This document shows, in pieces, positions 51,844 to 64,000 of a stretch of DNA of 64,000 nt. The DNA lies in NCBI RefSeq assembly GCF_964204645.1, contig NC_134028.1, forward strand, positions 2,790,001 to 2,854,000, given 5' to 3'. This stretch comes from Tubulanus polymorphus (taxonomy: Eukaryota > Animalia > Nemertea). The notes under the pieces are model-generated. The model saw only the letters and a program-made list of their open reading frames with translations. It was not told the DNA's origin and ran no database searches. A program made the translations under genes and the position numbers. Numbering within the stretch: the first letter of the stretch is position 1; every line of letters starts with the position of its first letter.

Positions 51844-54800
51844 ATGATGATCGAGTGAACTGACAGTACTCGTGCTCCCGATGCTGCTCACGCTTGCCGC
51901 GTCTGTCGCTATCGCGTTAGACGATGAAATCATGTTAAAACTGAATTGATTTTTCAGATTATTCGAGATTCCATTGAAACTCGGTCCGATGTCCATACTC
52001 TCCGGGGTCACCGGTCCCGATATAGAACTATTCAAATCGGATAAAGCTGGTGAAGGCGGGGGAGAGGTACCGCCTATGACGCTCATCACTGTATCGTCAT
52101 TAGGCGGTACGGATTGAGGGGTGACTGGTTGAATGTTGAGAATCGTTCCCATATTCGGCATCGATGAAACGCTCGTAGAGACGGTGTTCGTCTCGGTTGT
52201 CAACGTCATCGTAACAGAAGCAGCCGGAGATAGATTCGACGCTTCCTTGCTGGCGGCCGCCTTTTCAACGAATGGTTTTAGTCGCGCGATCAACTGCGGT
52301 TTCGGACCGGACACTGGTAGATTACGTATTTTCAATTCTCCGCGTAGATCGGCCACTTTCAGCTCTTCTAAATTCGCCGGTAGCACAGCTAACGGAACAT
52401 AATTCGAAGCCGCCTGACTGCGGGAACTTGATTTCGTAGTCGTGGTCGTTGAACCGGATGACGAGGTCTTCTCGGGCGCGCTGGTTGATTTCGAAGTGAC
52501 CGGCGGTGGCAGCGGAGGGGGTGGAGGTGGTGGTAAAGGCGGGGCTGGTGGAGGTGACATTTGTTTCTCAACTTTAACGACCCCGGTTATCAACTGCTGA
52601 GGTGGTGTCGGTACGCGTGGGACCGGAGTTACTGATTGCATCGGTTGTTGTTGGTTATTGCTGTTCGTCGGGAACACGGAAAACGGCTGCAACTGTTTCT
52701 GCTGCATTTCCAACTGCCACTGCAAAAACAACTGCTGCTGCTGCAACAGAATGTGATAAGGAGTGCCGTTCTGATCGGTATCGTTCTGCTGATTCTTCAC
52801 GGCGCTCGGTGGTCCTTTATACTCGTGGAATTTAATCACTTTAGCTTTCGACGCCGAACTCTTCAACTTCGATTTCTTCACCTTCGACGCCGACGATGAC
52901 GACAGTTTCGCGCTCGCGCCGCACAACGAGCCGTTTTTCGAAGACGACGTGCTGCTCACGCTCGAGATGCTTCCGATGCTATTCGTCGGCGACGGAGTTG
53001 AGAATGATGTCGAAGGTTGAGAGAAGAACAGTCCGATGTTGTTATTTTGGGAGGCCACCAAACTGGTAGCTGCAGCTGCGGCAGCTGTCGTGTTGTGTAT
53101 GGGTGACGTCTGTCCGGGAAATGAGACGGGTGGTTGTGCCACACGTGGGAAAACAGTCGCGTGACTCGTCGTCGTCGTCGTAGGAAGGAATGGTTTGATG
53201 TCGGGTGGTGATGGAACTGACGTCCATGTCTGGCTGGCTTGTGACTGGTCCCCATCTTCGACTTGTGACGGCGAAGGTGCGCTGTCGCTGATGCTCTCTT
53301 CGTCGAACAGAAAGTGTAGATCTTTACGTTGCGGGTCTTCGCCCTCGCATGTACGATTGTAGTGAACCTTACCGTCTGTAAAATAGCGAACATTTACGAG
53401 TTAAAGCACAATTCAATGATTGCGAAATTATGTGAAAAGTAAGACTAAAACCGCAGTGCGGTGAATGATTCAGTGATGGATTTTGTTAATTCACCGCATC
53501 GCTGTGTACTGATGTTATTAATAATCAGTTTTTATATCCATTACAAGATGGCAGCACCTGTGTAGATGCACTACAGTGGTTTGCTATTTTTTACACACTG
53601 GGCGGAATTTTCAAATTTTCAAATTATCTCCAGCACTTTCAGGAATTAATCAGGGTAAATGACAGGGCATGCAGAGCACATCTCACTACCTGGTATTTAC
53701 ATTTTGGAGTAGTTCTCACAACTAACAGTAGTTTTACATCAAAAATAGTAGTTTAACTTGAACTTTCTGATTTTGAGAGTATTTTGAATATTTTCATAAA
53801 AATTGAGATCTCAGAAGAGTAGTAACTATTCTCAAATAGTAATGGTAGTCAGGTCAGGTAATAGTAGTGGTAGTCAGGTCAGGTAATAGTAGTGGTAGTC
53901 AGTTCAGGTTAGAGTAGTGGTAGTCAGTTCAGGCAATAGTAGTGGTAGTCAGGTCAGGTTTGGCAGCAGAGGAAAAATCGACAAACCTTTAATAGCATCT
54001 GCTAATTCATTTGATGGTAAAACGTTTGCTTCGACGAGTTCTAACGGTCCGGGACGATGTGATAAACGATCGTTTAATCCGTCCAATAATCGAGCTCTCT
54101 TTAGCAATCGTTGTTTATCGGCTATCGATGGATGTGCGTTCGATTCTGAAAAACGAAACGAAATATCTTCAACATCGTGTTGAATATCTTCACATTAAAT
54201 TTCCTTTTATTCGAAGAGAAGACATTTTTCATCATTAGGAATGGAAAACTTCCGACCGTAAAATACAAATTTTTCATGAGGATATTAAACGCGCTGATAA
54301 AAGTAGAGTCATTAATCTTTATCATTTTACGTTCAATTAAGCCTCAACAGAAATTTTCTACAAACAAATTCGCACAAAAATGATTTCTGAATTTTCATGA
54401 ATGTCAATTATTCAGTACTTAGGTAAGGAAGGCATTTAATGATAGGGGTTGTAGATGGATATTAGAACTCTTTCTCATTGGTGATAGGTGGGAGGCTTAC
54501 CCTCTGTGAGTATATTCTGGTCTACTAAAGCCTGTCTATCAGGTCTCTGTTGGATCTTATGACGTAGAAGATCGCCAGTCTACAAAAAATGAAATAAAGA
54601 GAAATTGTTACATTTCCATCTGAGAATATAAGTCCACATTTCACTGCCAGGAAGACTCATAGGAAAGGGAAAGCCCTGACTAGCCATAACATGACTAGCC
54701 ATAACATAAAACAAAGAATCGCTGGTATTTCTAATGAGGTTACTAGGAACTTTGAATCACTGAGTCAACGCAATTGGGGTGAAAACCACTGATTCAGGAT

Positions 54801-57461
54801 AGCATACTTTTCATGAATTAGTAATACTTTTTCATTGTTTCTTATACAATATTTTTGGTATTTTAAATTTACAAATGATTCGCAATGCAAAAACTCCTCC
54901 TGTAGGCAGATGGTTCACCGAGTAATGGCTATTTAATCTTTTGAAATCTTGTATCAAAAGCAAGAAATATAAATCTAGGTCACGATAAATCTATAGGAAG
55001 CCGGTGAAAAAAGTCTTCATGGCACCAACATTACTTTCAAAGCAAATTTCTTTAAAAAACTGCAAAGACCGACATAAAAATTCAGAATAAATCATATCGA
55101 AACTGGCACACGGGCAGCTGGAAATCACAGTTAATTGAATATGATAAAAAAAGCGCCTATAGATGTCAGTCATATAGAGATTTCATAATGTTCTAAGAGG
55201 TAGTTATAACTCGGTTCACAGAATAGACTCTTAATCTCATAAAATTAAATAAGATCCATTGTGGTTCATTTTAAGACACGCTACAAACATTGATAAAGAT
55301 CATGTCAATTTAAACTGACTTTGTTCCCGCAAACAATAACCAAATGGGGATATTATGTGTCCTGAGTCTAAGGGCCAGCTGGCTATTCAATTGTGCAGCG
55401 GTAAAAAATTGAGCCAGGCGGGGCTATTCGCGTCTATATCCCGATTGGCTACCGCGCAATTTCCAGACACGCCTTGTCGCCGAAAAACTTGGACCAATCA
55501 TCTAAACGCTTAGTTTTAATTTGCATATGAATTTCCCTGGCAACCTGTTCATGAGTTTTTTGAGAAGCGACCAATTGTTATGGTTACTGTGGAAAGCAAG
55601 TGGTTAAGTGGCTGAATCAGATTTGTTTCTTTTTTTTTATGCCAGAAGCACCGCTTCTAACGTGTACATTATGAACGCTTTATGAATGTAGCAAACATTT
55701 CACAAAATTCAACAGAAATTCAACGATATACACACAATATTTAGTTCATTTAAGGTGAATCTAGTGACAGGGATTGATTTTGGTGATGCTTCGGTATCCC
55801 TCCCACCTCCCAGAGTGTACTAGATTTTTTGTTCGAATACTAAAATTTAAAATGAAACCATCGGGACAGGACACAAGACATTTCTGATTTCGCTAAGTTA
55901 GAAGATGATCATTCTTTCCTATGTTTTCTTATTAGAAACTTAAATCAAGGCAAGTGGTGGAATCAAACCAAACCTTGACGTGGCAGCATACTGAAAGTGG
56001 AGTATGTTTTATCTCGAGAAGAAACTCTCTAAAACTTTATAAATTTAGCATCGTGTCAGGATTTCAAAGAATTCACTTCTATTTCTAAAATTTCATTCCG
56101 AAGATTAACTGAATGCAATACAGATATTGACACATTGGTTTTAAGAAGAGGACATTCGGAATATGAAAAAATTACTGCCATCACTAACATGATCATAATC
56201 TATTATTCATTAACTTTGACGATGAAATGTTTTCTATTTCTCGTAATAATGACAAAAAGTGTAAAAAATCTGCGCAAGAAATCGTGTCAAAAACGCTGTC
56301 AAGCACCTGTTTTCAAGCATTGCCATCATCTGTCGAGCATTCACTCGACGAGTGAAGAATCCTCTCCAACAATTCATACGACACAATAACCGAACGATCT
56401 CGAGATCTCGAAAACTACAATCGTATCGCAATCGCTTATCAGCAATTGGTCGTCAATTGTAAGCGTATTACAGGCGTATTACAGGCAATATCAGATTATT
56501 CGCGTAATACGAACAATACGTGATAAAAATCAGCTTTTTTGTCGAAGCTGAATAAAACCGCAATCGCCAAAAGCGATTTAACTGAATCTTTTCATTCTAA
56601 GGTTCAGATTTAATTGCGGTTGGATAATGAAACATCTACAGGTGTTTAACTTCAATTAACATTTCTTTCTCAATTTCCAATTGTTTTTCCCCATTTTTAT
56701 TTCGTCTATGCATCAAATTTGCGATGTTTTAGCGGAAACAACTCGTTATTCAACATAACTAATCCCAGCAACATGTATTTTTCTTCCAACAACCAGTACA
56801 AGGGGTAACCATGGACTCGATTTAGGATACAAGATGTAACTAATATCATGGGAACGCGCATTAAACAAATGGATGTGGTTTTTGGCAGACGGAAAACTGT
56901 AGTTACCCCGCAATAATCGAAGGTCAAAACTAAAACCCGATTTCAGACAAACATTAGGGTGCTTTAAAACCGAAATCGACCCATGTTTCATCAATTTGAG
57001 AACATCGCGCGGCCATGTTAATGGCATACCCAATCTCGGCCTCCTACTACCCACTTACATCAAAACGATGATATGCATGCCGTTTGCACGCGATATATAA
57101 CGAATATTCCCCCTGGTTAATACCCCATGTAGGAGTTTTCAAGTGACAGCAGCCACGCATCATCTTCACTCGTTTTCAGATAATAACCAAACATTTGTTA
57201 TTAATAGTTCGTTGTTAACCTTCACCCGGTATCGTGAGAGAACGTGAGAATGGTTCGTACAGACTCTGACAAATCAAAATTACGAACTGATGTTCCGAAA
57301 TTCTTATCGAGGATTCGAAAAACTTATGACATTTTTTACGATCTCACTACAGCGTTTTAAACCAGACATTTTCACCAGACATTTTAACTGAATTATCCAT
57401 GTGCATGTTTTAGATGTTTTGTAGGATGTTAGAGCCATTTTGGAGTCAGGGGCTATAATAT

Positions 57462-57535
<74 letters not shown>

Positions 57536-57828
57536 TCATATCGATAATAACAATCTTATGTATATCCATCCCATTGGGCTTTATCAGCATGTGGCAGATA
57601 CTGACAGCAAAAAGATACTTAGAAAAAATCACACCGAAGAAACTAGAATGAGCGCGAGGCAGGCAGGCAGGCAGGCAGGCAGTCGTGTGTTTAGTCATTT
57701 ATATCGGGCAACAACAACAACCATTTAAAGAAAAAAAAAGAGAACGGGCAATTGCGTAAATGTAAACGTTACCTTGGCACGCTCGAGCTGACGTCTTTGT
57801 TCCGCAAACGCAGGTGGTGTCTTCAAAG
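49370..57828 (-). CDS. Mrtf: Myocardin-related transcription factor (MRTF/MKL/myocardin family), 5'-partial; ~1255 codons in window
   Basis: complement join(57773-57828,54501-54579,53987-54145,51062-53375,50856-50973,50469-50685,49370-50193), GT-AG and phase-consistent. Motifs: RPEL2, RPEL3, basic box KAKVIKFHEYKGPP, LQQQQLFLQWQL, SAP domain, leucine zipper, SQAMDDVLEILIKNGE, acidic C-terminal TAD. RPEL1 exon not found, presumably beyond 64000. Confidence 0.95.
50284..50458. mobile_element. MITE family A, copy 2 (opposite orientation, decayed)
   Basis: aattgaaaatgaactagaaattattct and actactctcaaat are reverse complements of internal parts of 18389-18579; ctgactacc / gtagtca end remnants. Confidence 0.6.
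50469..50685 (-). CDS. Mrtf: MRTF penultimate exon
   Basis: QKHLKTQQIVQQLQ...KSQAMDDVLEILIKNG|gtatgt. Confidence 0.9.
50763..50772. promoter_or_regulatory. CArG box in a 170-bp MRTF intron
   Basis: CCAAATATGG. Confidence 0.3.
50856..50973 (-). CDS. Mrtf: MRTF PPxY exon
   Basis: ASSTSVPTSPVKNSNGFFFPPTFPMKDPPKYDEAMKTKQ|gtatga. Confidence 0.88.
51062..53375 (-). CDS. Mrtf: MRTF large exon (basic, Q-rich, SAP, polyQ, leucine zipper)
   Basis: ttacag|DGKVHYNRT...FDEESISDSAPSP...LEELKVADLRGELKIRNLPVSGPKPQLIARLKPF...HEELVRIQQKQIEELQRQL...NTSR|gtattc. Confidence 0.95.
51805..51843 (-). repeat. Coding (CAG)12 tract, polyQ of 13 residues
   Basis: (ctg)12 ttg on the + strand inside the MRTF large exon. 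Confidence 0.93.
53683..53960. mobile_element. MITE family A, copy 3, with terminus amplified into a 25-bp minisatellite (~5 units, 53836-53960)
   Basis: tctcaaatagtaatggtagtcaggtc nearly matches the reverse complement of the left end of copy 1; unit atagtagtggtagtcaggtcaggta is repeated. Confidence 0.72.
53987..54145 (-). CDS. Mrtf: MRTF B2/RPEL3 exon
   Basis: ESNAHPSIADKQRLLKRARLLDGLNDRLSHRPGPLELVEANVLPSNELADAIK|gtttgt. Confidence 0.94.
54501..54579 (-). CDS. Mrtf: MRTF RPEL2 exon
   Basis: TGDLLRHKIQQRPDRQALVDQNILTE|gtaagc. Confidence 0.92.
57059..57163 (-). CDS. Mrtf: Candidate alternative first coding exon of MRTF (35 aa)
   Basis: ATG ATG CGT GGC TGC TGT ... TTT GAT|gtaagt; open for 35 codons, phase 0, matching the RPEL2 exon acceptor. 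Confidence 0.5.
57468..57533. repeat. (TA)n microsatellite
   Basis: About 33 TA units read directly. Confidence 0.97.
57657..57682. repeat. (AGGC)n tetranucleotide repeat
   Basis: aggcaggcaggcaggcaggcaggcag. Confidence 0.9.
57773..57828 (-). CDS. Mrtf: MRTF RPEL1-2 spacer exon
   Basis: ttgtag|xLKTPPAFAEQRRQLERAK|gtaacg; compare vertebrate PLKSPAAFHEQRRSLERAR. Confidence 0.92.
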
Positions 57829-60800
57829 CTACAATACACAAGAAAAAACAACAATGACAAGAACGCACTCGAGATCAACGAAAAAAATCTGTTCCACTAT
57901 ACGGCAGCATCGGGTTCATTTTTTACCCCAAACGAGTTTTTCTCTCTCTCGACCGGCCCCGTAAAAAAAATCGGCCGTCACCGCAAAACACCTGGGCGAT
58001 CGTCGACCCGAGCGCAAACGAGTCGCGCTCGTTTCGGCTATTATGCTAATGATAGAGCTGACCCAGTGTCAATGACATGAATTGTAATGAGCTATCTTCA
58101 CGCCAGGCCAAAGCAAACTCTCCGAAGAGATCTGCGTTTCTAGGTCTCAAGGTGACGAAATTCCAAATATGCCTGATTTTCACATTTATTCGCGTTGTAC
58201 ATTAACGAATGAAGCCATTTTTTGAACCCGACAAATTACGACATATCTTTGGTCCTAAATGAGTGAAATGTTGTCAAAATGTTTCGTTATGCACTAAAAC
58301 TAAGTACAAACTAATACATGTTGAACCTGCGAGTATGAATTCCAATCCTGACACCTAAGACGATTTCATAGTTCATAGAGATAAAAACATCATTTTAACA
58401 AAAATTTACCGTTCATTTATTCTAATTTGGCAAAAATATCAAAACCATTCTAATTAACTCTGTATAAAACAACGCATCAAACCCGAAGGAAAGTCGGGAA
58501 TATCCGAATTTCACCTGTTGGAATGTGGACCACCTCGACTTAGATGGACCTGTTATGAATGAATACGTTAGGATGAGTATCGACAATAGAATTCGCGCCG
58601 ACAAAACAAAACTCCGGGAGTTTAAACCAACGATATCGAAATGCGATTAAAAGCATGAAACCTTGCGAAGAAAAGAAATCTTCTCTAAATCACCGGTGAA
58701 ATGAACACGGTATAAACTGAACTCGAAGACAAATTCTATTCATTGAGACAATCGTGGAAGCAATCCGGAGTAGTGAACTATTCAAAAACTCGCGCCAGTG
58801 AATCGTAAACAAACAACCGACTGCGACGAGCGAAATCAATGAAATAAAACTGAAAGCCTACCTTCTCTAAGCTGTGGTGCAATTTTGGCGTACTGGACCT
58901 GCGAATTCGGTTTAGCACGTACGATAGGAGCGATTCGACGAGTCTTTTTGAACAAGTGCGGCTCGCGATGAATGCCTAAATCACTGCTGTTTTGCGCAAC
59001 ATGTCGCACTAAAACTCTCATATTTGGCAGCACACGGGCCAGTCCGTGGTCCATGAAATTGTGGCCCGGGCACGGCATCATGTGTGTGACCAAGGTCTCC
59101 ATCTTGTCGCGATCGGATCTGACTCGCAACTGAGGCAAACTTGCAGGCACCTGGTTTGGCAAATTAGCATTCAAATTAACATGGAGTTTATATGCAAAAA
59201 TGCTGTCAATTGGCACTCAAAGAGTGGATTAGAAGAATAGTTTAATCTCCACCTGTTGGTGTGAGTCTGCAGAATGATTTGTGGTCCAGACAATGTGTTC
59301 AACCTCCAACCAAGTTAGTGATAGACAGCCAACATGTACACCCACCCCTTACTCTCAAAATCAGCCTTCTAAGTACACTTTGGAGCAGTTTGTGCAAACG
59401 TCACCAATAAAACGTCAGATACAACTGTTAGAGATAAAAGGACAGCTGAAACGTTGATAGAGACGGCGAAAACTGGCTCGAAAACGTCGCGAAATACGAC
59501 GATATCTCGCGATTCCGATCGCGACCATCGCCATCAGTCCATCGATTACCTTCGCTAAAGTCAGATTTTCGAGTTCGTAAATTCGTCGATTCGACCCGAA
59601 GACCAAAAGCTGCTTTTAGAACAGTATTCTCTACGTATAACACGAAGAAACTGTTCGCTTTTATTTCGAATTTCGCTCGAAAACACGGATGAAAAACACG
59701 TTTACACGTCTTACAAACACAGTAGTGAAACATTGAATTGTCAATTGTGCCCTCGAATTGTTGGTTAGCAAGTTTCATGTAGAATTTTGACGCATATTTG
59801 AGGTTACGCGAAGGCATTCCGACGACGACGAACAGCTCAATCCTCATCCAGACTTCAACCTTCGCTAACATTAGATTTTAGGCAGATTCCACTGAATTTT
59901 ATGGTTTACATCGGATCAGTTTAAATCTATTAAATCTCCTTGTATCCAGAGATGTTATAAGATAATATCATTTCTAAATGGATTTCGAAAGTCGTAAAAC
60001 TTTGTATCAATTTACAAACGCCATCAACCATAGTTTATATGTAAGAGATACATGTCAGGCATTGGGGCCTGAAATTGAAACTGTTCCAGTGAAATTTTTA
60101 AAAAGATTACTTTATTTTCTAAATTCTTCTAAACATGGCCACGTATCCTCAATTCCAGTCATCTCGAGGGCAACGCAAAAGCCTAGAACATCGCTGCAAT
60201 GTGTTGGCTATCACATTACCGATGACAAGTTGACAGCATATAGACCTATAGCCTACAATCAGTACTTCTTCATAACCATCGAACGAGGTCTAGAAGTTTG
60301 TAAGATATTAAAAAAAGAGATTGAAATGTCACAAAATCAGAATAGACAGAGAAAATGGCCACGGTCGATCTGCTGATCACTTTTACTGTTACGACGAGTG
60401 TAAGAGAATGTACGAGGTTGTTTTCATGCAAATTTCACACCAGGGAACGAACGAACGAACGGCTGAAGAAATGTTTTGTACATGTAGAAAGTTATCCCTG
60501 CCACCTGTCGATGATAATATGTCATCATGTGACGACCGAGAACAAATTAGATAACACCGACTACGAAACGGGAGTAGCTCAGCAGCTTTCACATTAAAAT
60601 GAGGACTGATTCCGACTATATAAGGCTTAGTCTGACTGACACGGTAACATTCGCTGGCCCCCTTCATTCATCGCAGTTGAGATGAGGAGGGCACAACCTG
60701 CCATAAATTGTCAGGACCCGTGTATGATAAAGACTCACCTAGCAGACGGACACCTGCTATAAACAGGAAATGGGCAGGAATCACAAATGGTTACAAATGG

Positions 60801-62519
60801 TTTGTAAGACAGTGTGGTTTAGTTTGCTGTCGTATGGGGACTGAGTTGGATGTTACCGCAATATATCGGCAGAAGATCTCAGGAGTTACCACGACATGTC
60901 ACGTCACATCATCGGCGGTGGCGGCACGAGTCTTCTGCTGGGAAGGAAGTTTCAACTAGGTTCAATGGTAACTTCTGGATTACAAGTTCCTGCAGTGAAT
61001 GAAATACTTTTCAAAAGATTTCAAAGCACTTTACTGGATTTTACTTCTGCTCAATACGGTGTTTATTCAATCATTTGATGAGATCGTCAAATATATCTAT
61101 TGCAATAAAAACTGAAGAACGCTGAACTGTCGTTTGAGAATGGATCAACAATGTTTATGAAGTGATTGAAAAAAACGCAGATTTTCTTCGATAGATCATA
61201 TCTATCGAATTTTTGAGTTAGAAAAAAACCGGCGATTTCATGAGATTGAGATGTTCTCACTGTAATAGAATCATACACTCACTCATTCAATACATCACTA
61301 CTCGAAGTGACTGGATACTTCTAGGAAAGCAGGTGAATCATGTCATTCAAGAATAAAAAACTTTAAAAAACTCAAGAGATAATGAATTCAGCAGGCATAT
61401 GAAAGATAAATGATTTCAACGATATTGATTCGTCTTGACAATATCGAGAAAGCGATGGTTTTCAAGACCGATAAATTATCGTAATTATCAGAAACTCTAT
61501 CTACGAATTACTTCTCGAGGATATCTGTGTAAACGTTCGCTACTAGACGACTCTAGGAATATCATTCAAATTGTTAGTTTTCACATTAAAGGTAAGTTTA
61601 CTTCTTATTACAAATGATGATTATGATGGGATAGCTCGTACAATTTTTGTGACTGCGCAAAAAGTCTATTCATTGCACATATCTAAATGTAATTTGTTAA
61701 ACGTCATAAACCTTTAACACAGTGATTAACATCGTCACACCCCGAGAAACACTTCAACAAAAACATTATTTCATTTTTGATATTTTCTATCTTTGTTATT
61801 TGGTGTGAATGGTTATGATACACGTATTAAAAATTAATGAAGAGATCATTGAGTTCTGAACTGAAACTTCTTTTGTAAATATACCGTAACGACGTTACAG
61901 GGGGGCGAGCTCGACAATTTTTTTATCGACAATGGCCCGTACGCGACCGGCCGTCTTAACCGACGCCCGAAGCAGTTCGCGGTCGCGAAATATTACACCC
62001 TCGAAGCCTAGTAACGAACATGTGAGTACTATTGAGTCATCGTTACACAAGACCCCGCACGTGAGGTGCCCTAATAAAACCGCACAGAAAAACCAACACA
62101 GCATATGTGTACGATGTCGCTAGGACAATGCGCTGCAGCGTCATTGACACGGCAACAATAAACGGGCCACTTCTATTCAAATACGCGGCCCACTTCGCTT
62201 ACGAGGAAGTGCGGCCCGCCGGAACTTTTTATGCAGCGTGCGCGGGATCGCAGCGATATATATCCGGAAATACACGCTGTGCACCATACGCGTAAACAAC
62301 CGTGATGTAATGCGTGTGCCGAGTATTCGAGGCGCACACGCCTCGTGTCCCCGTGTGCCTCGGAGTATTCCGTCGTTGAATAGAAACTCGTAATTAATCG
62401 GAAAGTTTCCGCGGCGGTCGCGACTCGCGTCTGACCAAACGCCGACAACGACGATGAATTTGACTAGCGTAAATTCCATAAAGGATTATAAAACGGACCG
62501 TAAACAATTTAAACGTAAT

Positions 62520-62557
62520 GCGGTGTGCGTCGCGGTGTGCGTCGCGGTGTGCGTCGC
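62520..62557. repeat. 12-bp tandem repeat x3
   Basis: gcggtgtgcgtc three times. Confidence 0.88.
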
Positions 62558-62776
62558 AGTGCATGCCTGTCTGGTTACATTGTATTCACGCTCGTAATGA
62601 CGAACAATTATTGAGAAAATCTTATTTCACAAAACTCGGGAAAGACTCTTTGTTTGGAACGAGAATAATCGAATTATTCATCAGTCCTGAAATATGAAAA
62701 CCTGCTCGCAATTTCTTGAATACAAATATATTTGCGCCGGCACGAGTGAAATTTCAGTTTGTGACTGCCACAAAAT

Positions 62777-62900
62777 CAGGGGTAGATCTAGGGAATTTTG
62801 AATAGGGGGCAAAAAACCTGAGGCCTGGTACATGAACGCGTAGACTCAAAGTCCTTAAGGGGTTTTAGGAGCCCCTCAAGAAAATTTTGAACAAAATGTA
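62777..62900. mobile_element. Truncated repeat related to the CAGGGG-GATC MITE type
   Basis: caggggtagatctaggg start resembles the termini of 19044-19111; no right TIR found. Confidence 0.35.
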
Positions 62901-64000
62901 TGATGTTCAGAGCAGTGATTCTAGACCAAGTTGACTGGCATTGATTTGCCACTATATGTGTTACTTGTGAATATTTTAGTTCAATAATGAAAATAGCATT
63001 CAATAAATTGAAGATGTTACGATATGCCCTTCCACATCATATATACAACCTTCAGAAAGATGAAGATAATGAAACGCTGGGTGATTCTGTAACCTGGATT
63101 AAGAGTTAATACAGAGGGGTAATCCATCTTGTTCACATGCCACACAATAAACCTGGTTATCCTACACCCATCACATCACAGTCCTAACTCGGCAGGTGTC
63201 TGCAGCCAGGTGATCTCAGACTAGAAAGAGGTCTTTTTATGAGCAAAATTTGGGTCACTTAAATTTTCTATCCATGAAGTATCTAGAATTAATGATATGA
63301 CAAAAAGATATAAGGTTCAAATGCTTTCCAGGGCGGCAACTTTCTGCCATTTTCAAATTTTCCTGAGTTTTCCCTGATTCTTTTCTAGAATGATGAAGAA
63401 TGTGATGAGATACTTGTAGATGAGTTTGATAGAGTCATTCTGAAAGGACTATGAGAGATTGAGTGTTTCATCTAATTCATTGTTGTTACGCGAGAGTCAT
63501 CAATCTTGTTACGCCGTAATGACTGACGAAGTCGTGTCGCGTAATCGAATTATGCGGTTAATAAAAAACGACAAAAAAGTTACGAGCGTCGCGTGGATGA
63601 ATGGTTAGCGATCGGGGCATGTGACTCCACGCCACGCGCGTAGCCGCCCAAAACTAATCAATAATTCATGTCAAATAGAATAATGAACGTCACCATCAAT
63701 AATCAAAACTGAAGAGTCGAACCGACCTCAATAATAACAACAACAAACGCTTCAACGCATCGGGTATAATGAAAAAAGGTCGCAACTTTCCCACATCTCG
63801 ACCACTTCAAACAAAAACACGAGACTCGACCCGCGACTTACACGACACACGCGTCGTGCATAGTCATCGCGGAAGTGTACAAAGTCATGACTCGTCGAGA
63901 TGATTGCGTCCTTCGTCGCGCGGACCGGAAAAAAACCACAGGTGGATCGAGACGAAGCAGATGACGCTGTATGACGACAACAATCACACCGGTTGCCGGT

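Noticed and set aside
53453-53501. Short intronic hairpin (tgcggtgaat/attcaccgca) as a pre-miRNA
   Set aside because: The stem is only ~11-14 bp with a large loop and has no similarity to a miRNA family I recognise.
49389-54238. Overlapping or antisense ORFs over MRTF exons, and the ORF-track ends of the 717-aa and 282-aa ORFs
   Set aside because: Shadows of a GC-rich coding strand. True exon limits are set by splice sites (51062-53375 and 49370-50193).
58836-61078. 126-147 aa ORFs in the MRTF 5' intron
   Set aside because: No recognisable homology or RPEL1 motif and no consistent splice structure.

Overview
AT-rich, intron-containing animal DNA, probably a bilaterian invertebrate; the species cannot be determined from sequence alone. 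There are three genes. (1) The last coding exon and a probably long 3' UTR of a MARCHF1/8-type RING-CH E3 ligase (+). (2) A complete Zasp/Enigma-type PDZ-LIM gene (+, 7117-22306). I traced 15 in-phase exons (792 aa) encoding a PDZ domain, two ZM+AM modules and three C-terminal LIM domains. It also has two short exons with the same splice phases as the ZM exons and candidate PDZ-less internal first exons. (3) A myocardin-related transcription factor gene (-, 49370 to beyond the window end) with RPEL2/3, basic, Q-rich, SAP, leucine zipper and PPxY motifs. The convergent 3' ends of genes 2 and 3 are separated by a 23.9-kb, 12-unit tandem array (about 1.5-2.4 kb per unit). The array has ATAAT microhomology junctions, two 493-bp inverted arms, an internal ~200-230 bp sub-repeat and a 3-unit higher-order duplication. 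Several MITEs and microsatellites are also present. The best leads are the amplified, partly palindromic terminator region, the duplicated ZM/non-ZM splice switch with TGCATG enrichment, a candidate RPEL1-less MRTF first exon, and a CRE-CArG-CRE promoter on the gene next to the SRF coactivator. All exon calls come from manual reading of splice sites and phases, without transcript data.
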